Source: Camelus dromedarius
Taxonomy: Eukaryota
Length of the DNA: 64,000 nucleotides
Direction: 5' to 3'
NCBI RefSeq assembly: GCF_036321535.1
Contig: NC_087436.1
Location: 63,676,001 to 63,740,000, forward strand
Made by a program: the position numbers and the translations under genes. The notes under the pieces are model-generated. The model saw nothing but the letters and a program-made list of their open reading frames with translations, did no database searches and was not told where the DNA came from. This document shows positions 25,785 to 38,833 of the stretch, piece by piece. The first letter of the stretch is position 1. Each line of letters starts with the position of its first letter.

Positions 25785-27255
25785 TGATCCCAAACCTGCT
25801 TCTCATGCAGGGTTTCTCATCTAGGTACATGGTTTCTCCATACTTGGAGTTGCTCCCGCCAAAACATTTGGAAACATCATCTTTTCCATCCCAGAAACAA
25901 TCCATCAGGAAATGCTTTCTGCTCTTCCCTCAAAATATTTCCATACTATTGTTATGTAGCTAATGTTCTTACCCTTATCACTGCAACTAAGTTTAGGAAT
26001 GACATATCATGATTTTTCTATTAAATATTTTTGCATAAGTTCAGCTGAAAAAGTTGACTATTATATACAGACATATTTACATATATATGGGGGGCATATA
26101 GGAAGTATAGCAAAATAGTAGCATTAAGTGAATCTAGGTGAAAAGTATATGTTGTTTATTTTACCAGTATTTCAATTTGTATAGGTTTAACATGTTAGAA
26201 TATAAATTTTGAGGAAAATGCTGATTCTAAAATATATAATTTTTTTCCCAGAATCTAACCACTTCTTGGCACCTCCAGCTAAACCTATCCACTCGTCCTT
26301 AGCCAATCTCTTCTCCTGCTGGGCTACTGATGTAGCCTCATGCCTGCTCCTGCTCACGTGCCTGTATAATTTAGTCTCAACAGCAGCCAAAGTAATTCTC
26401 TTCAAAACCATGGCTTCCTACTTCCCTCAGAGCATGAGCCAAAACTCTGACCATAACTAAACAGGCCCTAGGATCTGCCAGGTCTCCTGTGACTTATTCT
26501 TCTGACTCTTCCTTTGTCCGCTGCACACCCACCACACTGACTTTCTTGTTGTTCTTCTTAAAGAACATCCCCACTTGCCTCCTCAGGGTCTTCATATTTG
26601 CTATTATCTCTGCCTAAGATGCCTTCATTTAGAGAGCTACATGGTTTGCCATTTCCTTCAGGTCTCTGCTGAAATGTTAACATCTTGGCAAAGAGAGCTA
26701 GCTCTCCACCAGTGGTGGTTTTCTTCTTCTGTTTAAATCTCTGCTGTCTCAGAGTAACAACTTGTGCTTCCTATGGTCTCCAAAGCCCATGACCTAAACC
26801 CATTTCTTTCTTCCTTCATCTATCAACATTCTCCCCTTAGTCACTGTTCTCGCTACAGTGGCCTCTTCTGTGATCCTGGATTAATCTGGCTGGACTCCCG
26901 ACTGTGGGCGTTTTCATCTGCTACCCCCTTCTCCTACGGAGCTCATTTGTCAGATCACTGCCCAACTTGCTTCCTCACATTTTTTGAATCTTTACTCAAA
27001 TATCACCTGTAAGTGAGGGCTTCTCTGGCCACCCAGCATTTCCTAAACCCCTTCCTCATTTATTCTCTCCATGGTATTTATCACTAACAAAAATATTATA
27101 TATTTTAGTCTTAACCTTTTTTTCTTGTCTATCTCTGGGCTCAAATTTAAGTTCCACAAGAACAGTGATTTTTGCCATGTTTGTGTATGCTATATACCTG
27201 TGTTTGGATAAGTATCTGATACATAGTAGATGTTCAATAAACATATATTGAAAAA
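25785..27255 (+). mobile_element. Cluster of L2 fragments (small L1 piece at ~26090-26235)
   Basis: 'ccaaacctgcttctc...tccatcaggaaatgct', 'caacagcagccaaagtaattct', 'taagttccacaagaacagtgatttttg...acatagtagatgttcaataaacatatattgaa'. Confidence 0.7.
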
Positions 27256-27284
27256 ATAATTATAAAATTTAGGAAGAAATATTA

Positions 27285-27615
27285 GGCAGCTAAATGTAGA
27301 CTGACAGGAAGCAACATCTTTGATACGATGGACAGGAAAGGCTTCTCTAAATATGGCACATATGCAGAGACTTGAATCAAGTAACAGACTAAGCCATTCA
27401 GATATCTAGGGGGTAAGAGTTTCCGGGAGAGAGAATGGAAATACAAAAACAATGAAGCAAGTTTATGTGCTTTGTGTTTTCCAGGGATACTAAGGAGCAA
27501 AGTATGGTTACGGTTTCAGAGAAAGAGAAGAGTAGAAGGAGGAGTGATCGAAGTTTTTGCCAGGTGAGATTATATTAGTCTTTTAGGGATAAATCTGGAT
27601 TTTAACTCCAAGAAT
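27285..27615 (-). mobile_element. L2 fragment
   Basis: 'ggacaggaaaggcttctcta...gcagagacttgaat...agccattcagatatctagggg'. Confidence 0.65.
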
Positions 27616-28559
27616 TGACTATTTAGCATCAGGAGCTGTGGTAAAAGATAGGAACATGATAGTCACCAAAATTCCTCAGGCCCTGATCTACTGACAATCT
27701 AGTGAGGAAAACACATTAATAAGCCGACACATGAATGCAGGCAAATTACAGCTATGATATAACATCCTCATAGTATGCCCAGTTTTCTCTGATGACGACC
27801 ACTGATAGGGTTGCTCTGAGTGGTAAAGATATAAAGTTCTACCCTAGGTCTTTTAATTAATTGACTGCTTAACTTTGAAAGAATTAATTGGTCTTTTGTT
27901 ATTCCTGTTTCTTTCTAGAAATTTCAGGCTAATATTTTCCCAGTGAGAGAACGTGAATTAAAATACAGAAATACATAGAAATTAAAAATAAAACCACTAA
28001 ATAAAGAGCCATTTTCATGCAGTGCCATAGATATGAAAAAATGCTTTGCTTTCTTTTACTTACATGAAATCTCTCTACTCTCTCCCAGTGACCTATTTCT
28101 CAGTTTTACTCTCCTCTCTTCTCCTCAGTGCTCTTTGTAATCTGGAAAACTCCTGAAACCAATCCCTTCTCACTTTCAAAGGAAAGTATGCATTAAGCCA
28201 TTATCCTCCAAGAAAGTTAGGAAAGAATGATCTATTGATTTAAAGAAAACATAATTATACTTCTATTTTATTTGTATATAAACATAACAACAATAAGTTA
28301 GCTTACTAATACTAAAATATTGAATGAAAACAGTGCATTATATAAGTGGAAAATAAATACATATATGTCTGGCTTTTAAAAAAACAATAACAAACAAGTG
28401 ATTGTATGTGTATCCAAAGAATAAGAAGATGACTTTTACACTTTGGGCAGCAACAGAATGTTGTCTTGTTTTCTTCTTCCATTTGGAACACTCTCTCAAC
28501 TCTTAACTTTTGCTCCTGACTTGAATCTGATTACTCTTATCATTGGGAATATCTTTACA

Positions 28560-28742
28560 AAATTATAATAATCACTTCTGCTATCACATTGAATCTCTTA
28601 AACAAGGCCAAAATCTAGTTATCCTTATTTTGTAAATGAAGAAGCTAGAGATTGGAATTACTAAGCAAATCAAGATCAAATAACCACAGTCTGGAGCTGT
28701 AGTGCCTGTTTGGTTGACTCTTCTATCCTCAGCCTTTAACAA
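28560..28742 (-). mobile_element. MIR SINE (degenerate)
   Basis: 'gttatccttattttgtaaatgaagaagctagag'. Confidence 0.5.
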
Positions 28743-31344
28743 AGTGCCAGGTATGCAGCAGTTCACCAGTATTTGTAGACCAAGTGGCCATGCTTAAATC
28801 TAAACCCAGTCTTCAAGACACCAGCACACCACTATCTTTTGCAGTACATGCTAAGGTACTTAGGCTTTATTTTGTAAAAACAGAGGAATATAGCAGATAA
28901 ATTTGAAGTGGGTTGAGAGTATTATATGGCTAGATGTGGCATTTAAATAATGAATTTTATCACAATGTAGTGGGCAGTCAGAAAATGCATTAATAATGAT
29001 TTTGATAAAGGTAATACAGAGTGATTTTAGTATCGGTAATATCTACATACCTATATTTGTATATACAATGTCATTTTATTCCTTCTCACATTCTTTAGAG
29101 ATAAGTACTGCTTACTAAATTCTTCAGGATCCAACAGACATTAAGGGCTGTGCCAGGATTGATGACCTGGGCTGTCTGACTTCAAAGCCATTATGCTAAA
29201 TACTTAAGGGAGTGCTCTCCTGGTCCAGGTGAGATGTGATGAGGCTAAGAATTAAAGTAACAGAAATGTATATGGAAATCAGAGAACTGATTAAAAGGGT
29301 AAACTGGTGATATTACTGGAAAATTTTGAAGAATCATTAGGTATAGAAATAAAAGATAAATTCATCTCAAAGATCATCTTACTGTTTTTAACCAGAGTAA
29401 TTGTAACATTATTGGCAGAGATCACAAAAGCAGAAGGTTTAAGAGGACGGAGGTGAGGTGGATAAAGGTTTAAAACAAGTTTCTCAGAACATTCATTCCT
29501 GATGAAGTGGAATGTAAAGTATAGTAGGGCAGTTGGAGAGAAAAGGTAAAACTGAAGAAATGGAAAAGAATAGATCGGAAAATATTAATAAGTTATATAA
29601 AGATAAATGAGATATAAAGTATAAAATTGCCAGATAATACACTTTTGCTTATGTGAAGAGGAACTGTAAATTTTCTCTGAAAAATTGTTTATAAGATGCA
29701 TTACCTTACAACTAGCATGGATAGAATAAATTATCAGTATGATTCTTGGGGTTGATGGTGATACTTTTTGGAAGAAATATTTATATTCAATATTTTATTC
29801 AAAAAAAATTTTGGGAACAAAGCTTTACATTTTGTTCTCCTCCAACATGTCCCGAATTCTAGCCTTAATTTTCTACACAATAGATCTCTAATTATTAGGC
29901 TTAAATGTTTTAGACTTACAAAGCTAATTCACTCTCAGCTAGAGTGGTAGGTCATAGCCCCTCAGCCACAGGGAGCAAGACTGTACATCTAATGCTGTTT
30001 CCACACATACTGGTGTCAATGTGCCTTTCTTGGTCAAATGCGATGTACATTCTGGCTCTTGACTTGCTTGCCCAGGCCCATCTGCCATGATGGCCGTGTG
30101 CCCATCACAAGATACTCTGCCAGGTTTAGCTGGACAAAGGTACAGCCAGAGAGAGGTTAGAAAGGCAGTTTGTTTCACATGCAAATTTTCATGCAAATGT
30201 AAGGAAAATGTGCCTGATCCTTGAGGACACCACATCTGAACTGTGAACACTGAAAACACTTCACACTATTTGATCAGCATAATCAATAGCCTTCAAAAGA
30301 CTTGAAGATTCAGTTTGCCCCCCAATGTGCTAATCACAAGTCTCTTTCATTAAAACTGCAGGAACTAAGTGCTGACTCCAGCACACCACTTAGACTTTAA
30401 GAACAGTAAGATCTTGTAAAAGGAAAATTTATATAATAAAAGAAATGTTAATATGTAAAATTTGTAGTGTTATACAAGAAGTCTTTTTGACAATGGCTAA
30501 ATGATAGTGTTCAAAATGATCATTCAACATTCTGCTTTCTTTAGCTTGCTCATTTTGTTATTTATAATTAAATTAGTTCGTCACCTTATTTTTCTGTTAC
30601 ATGAGAATATAGAAATTCCACCACCATAGATATGTCACACAATTTCCAGTGAAAGCATGACATTCACTTGAGTAGTGTTTTTCTAGAAGATGTAGTCATC
30701 TGAGAGATTATCCCCATACCCTTTTCTTTAAGAAAAAAGAGAGGTTCTTCATATTTAGATACAATTATGTAGGTTGTCAGTTATCAGAAATAAGTCATAT
30801 TGCTGGTTTTGCTCTGCCATCAGAAGTACATTTAATTGACTTAATATCCATCAATTTCTGCCAAATTATAGGTTTTACTTACTTAATCACTCTTCTATTT
30901 AACTACCTGTTATATTGCTGATGACTGTAAAATTCACCAGAAGTTCTTAGGGTACCAAACCAAATTTTTTACCTTCAGACCTACAGATATGCCTCACCCA
31001 CAATCTTGCTAGCTGGCTTCTTTCCATAAACCTCTTCTAATTCAAATAGGCTTTTTATTATTATTATTATATCACTTCATTTCACTGATTTTCTTCTTAG
31101 CACTAATTATTATTTGAGGATATCTTTGTTTGTTTATTTACTTGTTAATTATGTCTCTCCCAATAGATTTTAACTTCCATAGCTAGGGTTATGTTTTAAT
31201 TCACCAGTTTGTGTGCAACATCTAACCCAGTGTCTTATGCTCAATAATTATTTTGAATGGATATATATGTGAATACAGATTATCTTATATTAATAAGCTT
31301 TAATGAAACGCCCTTCTTTCAATGTTGAGAACTGACCTATTACT

Positions 31345-31850
31345 ACAGGATTCTTAGTTGTAGACTACAGAGTCCATTCTGGTGGGTTTAAGCAGAGGAG
31401 CCCTCATTACAACCTATTACTAACTCAGAATTAGGGGAAGTCCAGGGAACTCAGCTTGCTGCTAAACAGCCAAAATGACCTCATCAGAAGATATGCCCAA
31501 CATTACCGCCCCAAATGTCACTGATTCTACCACCTCTTGTTGGACAGCCAAGAAAAGCAATAGTCCATCTATTCAAACATCAGAATCCTCCTAACAGATG
31601 TTGTAAAAATAAAAGGACTCCCAGACTATGCTCTGAAAAGAAACAACCAGCCTTTGTCCCCAGTGCTTATTTTTGCCTTCCTAGTCTCATATCAGTATGT
31701 CTGTTTTGTGGAAGAAAGTCTTATCGGAATCCTGATGCACTGAAACCTAAGAAACGTGGTTTCAGCGTTTTAGCCTCTGGTTTAAAGAAAGGTAGGCTAA
31801 AAGAGAGACAACTGGAGTTGAATAAGCCAATGTGCAATATATTCCACAAT
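31345..31850 (-). mobile_element. Old MaLR LTR (MLT1 family)
   Basis: 'caggattcttagttgtagactacagagtccattctgg...ttaagcaga' start and 'ggagttgaataagccaa...tattccaca' end. Confidence 0.6.
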
Positions 31851-32954
31851 CTCTGTGGCTGAAGAGAGTGTGATGCAATCAAGGAATGGCAAAACAGCTA
31901 ATGTAGCTGCAACTCAGTGAGGGTGAATATGCACTCTAATACATCTTCTCACTCGATTCCCACCACAACGCGCCAAATGAGGTAATCAACTGTGTAAACC
32001 CATCTATTTGACTCTAGAATGAAGTATGTCAAATTTTACCTGTTTTTCTTTTACTATTATTACCAAATATTAAACAGTATAAACATTTAGCAATTGCTTC
32101 CATGTTATATATAAAATGTAGTAACAAACAGATATCTCAGGACCTTAATACCTTAAAAAATGTCTCATGATATTAGAACAATTTTCCCAGCATTTTAGTT
32201 GTCCTTTATTTTAGGATCTATGTTTTAAAATCCCCATTATTTCCCATTTGTAAAGCCTTGAGTAGCCCCACATGATTTCAGAAAATGAGCTGTCAGTGTT
32301 AGTTCATCTTGTGGGAAACTGTCCAAAAGTATCCTGTTGGTCTACTTAAACTCAGTCATGCATGATTTACTGGATAATCACTAGTGTCCTAATCAATATC
32401 TCTATCTACCTACTCACTAATCCAGTTCAAGAAGTATGTGACTTAACATGCAGCAGACTCAGGACTAGCCCTTGGCAAAAGTGAACTCTGTCTGTGGTAT
32501 CTTCACTTCCTTTTTTACCAACTAACTTTCCCAAACTCAGACTGTTGTTCTCATACAATTTAAAGCAAAAAAACAAACAAACAAAAAAAAAAACAAAAGG
32601 ACTTTTAAGGTTTCTGTTTGTTTTGTTTGTTTTACTTCCTCTCTCTCAACGTGAGGAAATTGAGGCTTTAAAGAGTAAGGCCCTTGGCCATTAAATTCAA
32701 CTATGACAAGGTAAAACTAACAACCTATGTCTAGGGCATGCTGATGCCACATGCCATGAAATGCCATCGTCCCTCTCTAAAATATTCCTGTCTGCGCATC
32801 CTGGTCAGCTCCATCACGCAGGTTACTAGCTTAAAGAGAAAAGAGGAAAAAAACTCTGCTAGGACTTGGTGGGATAAGTAAGGTGCTATCCACTTCATTT
32901 CACTCCAGCTGAAGAAATACACATTTGTCTTCAAGCAGAGCCTTGAATACTGAA

Positions 32955-33095
32955 AAGAGTCACTGGGTTTCTAGACTAGCTTTGGTACTAACCAGTTTTT
33001 ATCTTGGACAAGTAATTTCATCTCTCTCTGGGCCTTAAGAATAAATAAGAAATTGGAATTGATGGCCTCTAAACTCCCTTCCAGCTTAAGAAATT
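32955..33095 (+). mobile_element. MIR3-like SINE
   Basis: 'ctgggtttctagactagctttggtactaac...cttggacaagtaatttcatctctctctgggcct...gcctctaaactcccttccagct'. Confidence 0.65.
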
Positions 33096-33176
33096 CATGA
33101 AGCTGTAGCACTGCTGCTGTATCCACTAAAAGAATGTCCTCAGGCCAATGATGGAGAATTCACAGCATTTTATATA

Positions 33177-33299
33177 TGACAACCATCTGTCCCAGTTTGA
33201 CCGGGGCAGGGTTAGTTTACGCCTGTTGTCCTCAAGTAATTAAACACTTTTACTCTCAGGATTATTCAGGTTTGAAAGATAAACTGTAAAAATAACCTT
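33177..33299 (-). mobile_element. MER94-like hAT-Blackjack element
   Basis: 'accatctgtcccagtttgaccgggg...gtttacgcctgttgtcc...taatt...actctca...ggtttgaaagataaa'. Confidence 0.7.
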
Positions 33300-33444
33300 A
33301 TACATGCAGGAGAGGGCAATTCTGGCTCAGGCTGGTATATTTATATATCAGGTAGAGCACTGATGATGATAACAATATCTACACTTACAAGAGCAAATTT
33401 GATATGTTTAGACACTTTTTTCTACACTATACCATTCCAGGAAT

Positions 33445-33645
33445 GCAGTGTTACAACTAAGAGGATGATCTCCTGAGTCACATTGGTGGATTCAAACTTA
33501 GTTCTGCCATTCACTTACTATGTAAGTTAACAAAAATCTCAATTCCTCATCTAAAGAGGGAGGGAGAAAGAGAGAGAGAGAGGAGTTATCTTGCTATGAG
33601 ATATAAATGAATAAATCCAGGCCAAATGCTTGAAACACTGCCTAA
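33445..33645 (+). mobile_element. MIR SINE
   Basis: 'ggattcaaacttagttctgccattcacttacta...ctcaattcctcatctaaa...aaatgcttgaaacactgcct'. Confidence 0.6.
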
Positions 33646-33876
33646 ATAGGATTTCTTCATGCACATTAGGTATCATTAGTCCCAAAGGAGTATTTGGGGT
33701 ACATTATACTAGACCTACTTTTAAAGATTTTCATCCAAAGTTTCTGGGAGGTTTATATCTTACATAAAAGGCAGCATATTTTCTTTTAATGAATTTTTCA
33801 ACATGTTCAACTCTTTCTTGTCATGGAATTTCTCATAGATTTCACTACCATTGTCTTTCATTGTTGTTGTTTTCTT

Positions 33877-34200
33877 TTTGTGTATATATATTTGTATTGA
33901 AGTGTAGTCAGTTTACAATGTTGTGTCAGTTTCTGGTGTACAGCATAATGTTTCAGTCATATTTAAACACACATATATTTGTTTTCATCTTCTTTTTCAT
34001 TATAGGTAACTACAAAATGTTGAATATAGTTCCCTGTGCTATACAGAAGAAACTTGTTGTTTATCTATTTTATGTATAGTAGTTAGTATCTGCAAATCTT
34101 GAACTCTCAATTTATCCCTTCCCACCCTCTTTCCCCCCAGTAACCATAAGTTTGTTTTTCATGTCTGTGAGTCTGTTTCTGTTTTGTAAATAAGTTTGTC
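33877..34200 (-). mobile_element. L1 3' UTR and tail (3' arm of a 5'-inverted L1)
   Basis: 'tattgaagtgtagtcagtttacaatgttgtgtcagtttctggtgtacagc...gagtctgtttctgttttgtaaataagttt'. Confidence 0.92.
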
Positions 34201-35503
34201 TTTTTTCACAGAACTAGAACAAGTAATCCTAAAATTTATATGGAATCACAAAAGACCCAGAATTGCCAAAGGAATACTGAAGAAAAAGAATGAAGCTGGA
34301 GGAATAACCCTTCCAGACTTCAGACAATACAGCAGAGCTACAGTAATCTAAACAGCATCATATTGGTACAAAAACAGACAATGGAACAGAATAGAGAGCC
34401 CAGAAATAAACCCACAAACATTTGGTCAATTAATCTTTGACAAAGGAGGCAAGAACATACAAAGGAGTAAAGACAGTCTCTTCAGCAAATGGTGTTGGGA
34501 AAACTGGACAGCTGCATGTAAATCAATGAAGTTAGAATACTCCCTCACACCATAGACAAAAGTAAACAAAATCGTTTAAAGACTTAAACATAAGGCAAGA
34601 CACAATAAACCTCTTAGAAGAAAATGTAGGCAAAACATTATCTAATGTAAATCTCAGCAATGTTCTCCTAGGGTAGTCTATCCAGGCAACAGAAATAAAA
34701 GCAAAAATAAACAAATGGGACCTAGTTAAGCTTATAAGCTTTTGCACAGAAAAGGAAACCATAAGCAAAACAAAAAGACAACCTACAGTGTGGGAGAAAA
34801 TATCTGCAAAAGATGGGACTGACAAGGGCTTAATTTCCAGAATATATAGACAGCTCATACAATTTACTAACAAAAAACAAACAACCCAATCCAAAAATGG
34901 GCAGAAGACTTAAACAGACAATTCTCCAATGAAGACATACAAATGGCCAATAGGCACATGAAAAAAATGTTCAGTATTGCTAATTATCAGAGAAGTGCAA
35001 ATCAAAACTACAATGAGGCATCACCTCGCATCAGTCAGAATGGCCATATTAAAAAGTGCACAAACAATAAATGCTGAAGAGGCTATAGAGAAAAGGAGCC
35101 CTCCTACACTGTTGGTGGGAATGAGTTTGGTACAGCCATCATGGAAAACAATATGGAGATTCCTCAAAAGACTAAAAATAGACTTATCATATGATCCAGC
35201 AATCCCACTCCTGGGCATATATCCAGAGGAAACCTTAATTCAAAAAGACACATGCACCCAAATGTCCATAGCAGCACTATATACAACAGCCAAGACATAG
35301 AAACAACCTAAATGTCCACTGACAGATGACTAGATAAAGAAATTGTGGTATATTTGTACAATGGAATACTACTCAGCCATAAAAATGATAAAAAAAAACA
35401 ATGCCATTTGCAGCAACATGGATGGACCTGGAGATTGTTATTCTAAGTGAAGTATGCCAGAAAGAAAGAAAAATACCATATGATATCAGTTATATGTGGA
35501 ATC
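34201..35503 (+). mobile_element. L1 ORF2 C-terminal region (inverted arm of the same L1); disrupted
   Basis: Translates to L1 ORF2 motifs ([43 protein letters not shown]); contains frameshifts. Confidence 0.95.
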
Positions 35504-35559
35504 CCTTTTTCTTAATCACACTTCCTACAGGTTTCAAATGACTGCCAAATGGAGATGTT

Positions 35560-35860
35560 TCAGAATCTCAGTTTAGCGCCCCTTTAGAGAGGCACTGTCT
35601 GATCCACCAATACTAATTTATCTACAAACTCTAAGTCCTATTACATTCTGTCACATCACTCTACTTTTCTTCATAGCATGGATCTCAATGTTTAATTCTA
35701 TTTACCTTGTTGATTGCCAGCTTATGTCTGTTTTTTCCACTAGACGAGACATGCAGTGAAGTCAAAACTCATGTCAGTCTTTTTCATTATGATTTATCAA
35801 ATATTGCATCCAGTACCTGGTGAATCATAAGCACTGTAATGAATTTAATGAATTTTTAAG
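35560..35860 (+). mobile_element. L2 3' fragment
   Basis: 'tcacatcactctacttttcttcatagca...ttccactagac...cagtacctgg'. Confidence 0.55.
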
Positions 35861-38833
35861 GAGTTTGGTTATGCATTTGTTCAATGAATGGACAATTTCT
35901 AAGTGCCTAATTCAGGATTTATATCTACTCACTTCAAGTTCTCTCCATACTGTGAAACGTGCTTTGCTGGTGCAGTCTGAACTGCATCTTCCTGTTAGTT
36001 GACTCAGTAATGAAATATTGTGAATAATTAGAAAGCCATTAAAAGTAAACTTGAAGCTAGAAGCATTAAAACACAGTTTCTAGTCATTCGTCCAGTTTGT
36101 GGTTTCTGAAACACAGTACAAGCAATATTTACACCAGGTATTAGCCACATGAGGATGTCATTTTTGTTAGGTCAATATCATTTAAATAATTTCTAGCCCT
36201 AAAAAATCATCCTTCCATTTATAAGAATGTCTCTTCTTAGATTATAACTGCCCACTGTGCATAGCTAACCTGGTAATAGAAACAAAATGATTTGGAGGCA
36301 AAGAACTGACAAATGAGAATAAAAGGAAATTCTGCAAAGTTGGGTATTTATTACAAGTGCCAAGGAATAAATTAAAGAAACTAATTTTACTAAATCTTGT
36401 TTGAGGATTTTACATCTATAAAAATATTATGATTATCAATTATAATTTTTCTTTGATTCAATTTAGACTAGATTAGGAATGCAAATTCACTATTAATATT
36501 GTGTTTATGTAATTCATGAATAATTCAAGGAAAGGCTAAAATGAACTATGGCAATTATATCTGAGAAAAAAATAATATTTAATACTAAAAATAAGTCATA
36601 TGTGAGATGGTCATGCTATTTTTGGCAAAAGTCAGTTTTCTTCCTTTATTTTTAGTAGGCAGTCTGCAACCTAGTTTCATGGTCTCTCAGGGACTGGGGT
36701 TCTTTAAATAAAGATTAAATTAGATACCACAGCTGATTCCAGTATTTAAAAATAATTTATTTCTAGGTTTTCTCTAATTCTCCTCATCCTATTGTTTAGA
36801 TCTTAGCATCTTGAAAGCTGTACATTTTACATTTTAAGCAGGTAATTGAATAAAATTACAGCAAAGAATTAATTAAATCTTTGAAATCATCTCTCTCCTT
36901 CCTGTTCTTGCATGACTCATACACTGGAAGAAATATCATCTGCAGGATGGGAAGATTAGCAGGAGAGAATGTTTAATTAGTCAGTTTTCACATTAACAGG
37001 CAGACCAGTTGAAATTACTCCCTAGATTTAATTTGGCCTGCAGCCAGACGGTTGATACTGTTAATAGAGAAAACATCTGTTTACCCTAATGTGTTAGTTT
37101 ACTGTGCTTGGAGGCCACCAACATGAGCCCCTGTGCACAGGTATTATGAAAGGAATAAATCATCTTTTTTCATTTGGAAGTCAACAGTAGATAGAGGAAT
37201 TTTGTTTTATAGGCCCCATATCAGGCCGTACTCAGACCCTGAAGATAAAGAATAACAGACAAATCAGGGACCAGACAGTGCTCTCATTAATTCTAAATAA
37301 ATATTTCCCTTTCTTTAGGCCTGAGTGAAATCAGAAGACTTTATCTTCTTGTGCAATTGGCTAAAATGAAGCAGTTAATGAGGAAAACATATATACTGCA
37401 TGCAGTTCATTAGCAAATTCAACAAAATTACCGATTGTTTAATTCTGTGACTTGTTCTAAAATAGCCTCAGAATATCAGCCTGGAATTTTTTTGCATCTA
37501 AAAGAGAAACACCTGATTTCCATGTGTTACAGAAGCTGTGTCAAAGTCACTGATGGCAATCTGAAGACATCACTGCGAAAAGATGAAGACTTGCAAGCTG
37601 TACAAATGTGTGAGAAAGGCATAGAGGTGGGGTATCTCTTCAGAAACTTGGAAATAAAATGTTCAGAGAAGTTCTTCTGAAGGTCATAATGTGACCAAGT
37701 TCCTGTACTATCTTGGGTAATTCTGCAAACCTTCATAAATAATTATTGGTTATTGAAGTACAAGGAAAACAAGCTGGAGTTTACATGGAGAAGGTCATTA
37801 CTTAAATGTAGACCGTCTCACTGCTTTGTGGGATAGGCTAATGAAAAATGTACTTGCTCACCACAGCAAGAATCAGGGCATGAGCTAAAGCCATAAAACT
37901 TTTATGGAGCTTTTCCACAGATACCACATTGCTTTCTTTGCCTTCCTCTTTGCAGTGCACCTCGCTTTAGGAAAAAGCTAAATGCAGTACCTTCATTTCA
38001 AAAGGATTGCTTGAATTTTTATTATTTTGCTTTGGGGCCAAAGCAAAGCATCCTGACAGTTTTACTGGCTGCAGGTTTGGTTGGAGGTAAAGCCACACTT
38101 CAAGCAGTATTGCATGTATGAAGGATAAATCAGCTTTCATAAATATTCCCATTTGGTAGACTCAATTGACTGTAAAATTATTACGCTCTGCTGAGTAATT
38201 GTTGTGCTGTGGAAGAAAGCAGGACTTCTAAATATTTAACAGAAAATGATCATGCGACCTGAATTAAGACTATGTTTTCTCCCACCATTTTCTATAGTGC
38301 AACACAAGCATTTTGTAACAATTTCATCTTAAATCTACAGGGTGCAAGGCTGCCTAGGTATTAGTTGTTGTTGTGTGTGTTTTTATAATTTATTCTGACT
38401 GTCTGCTTGTCCTCTGCCCCACCATTTGAGAACCAGGGCATAAATGTAGCCCATTTCAGTGAAGCATCAGGAATTTATACATCAGGAATTCCTCTAGCAG
38501 CATTTTACTGACCAACTAAAGGGTGAGAGTGAGGTTGGGAAGAAAATATTCATTACCTAAAATATTTTGTTTCATCCTTTCTTTTGTTTCATTTTCATCT
38601 TTTGCTGGAAATTTGGTGGTTTATGTTTCAAAGATTACTTCTCATTTAGGAAGATTGGACATATTAATAAAATAACATTTCAGATATAACTTGAAATGTA
38701 TGTTCAATTATATAGCAATGTCAACTTTCCTATCATGGTTATAACCTAATGTTCAAGTTCTGTGCCCTTTGTCATTTTTTCAGATATTTCTATTAAGGTA
38801 AGATGAAAAAATTACATTAGAAAATGAGTTAGA

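Noticed and set aside
37435..37736. ORFs and an AG...GT-bounded segment (37532-37626) as a coding exon
   Set aside because: Weak donor, no recognisable protein similarity and no partner exons.
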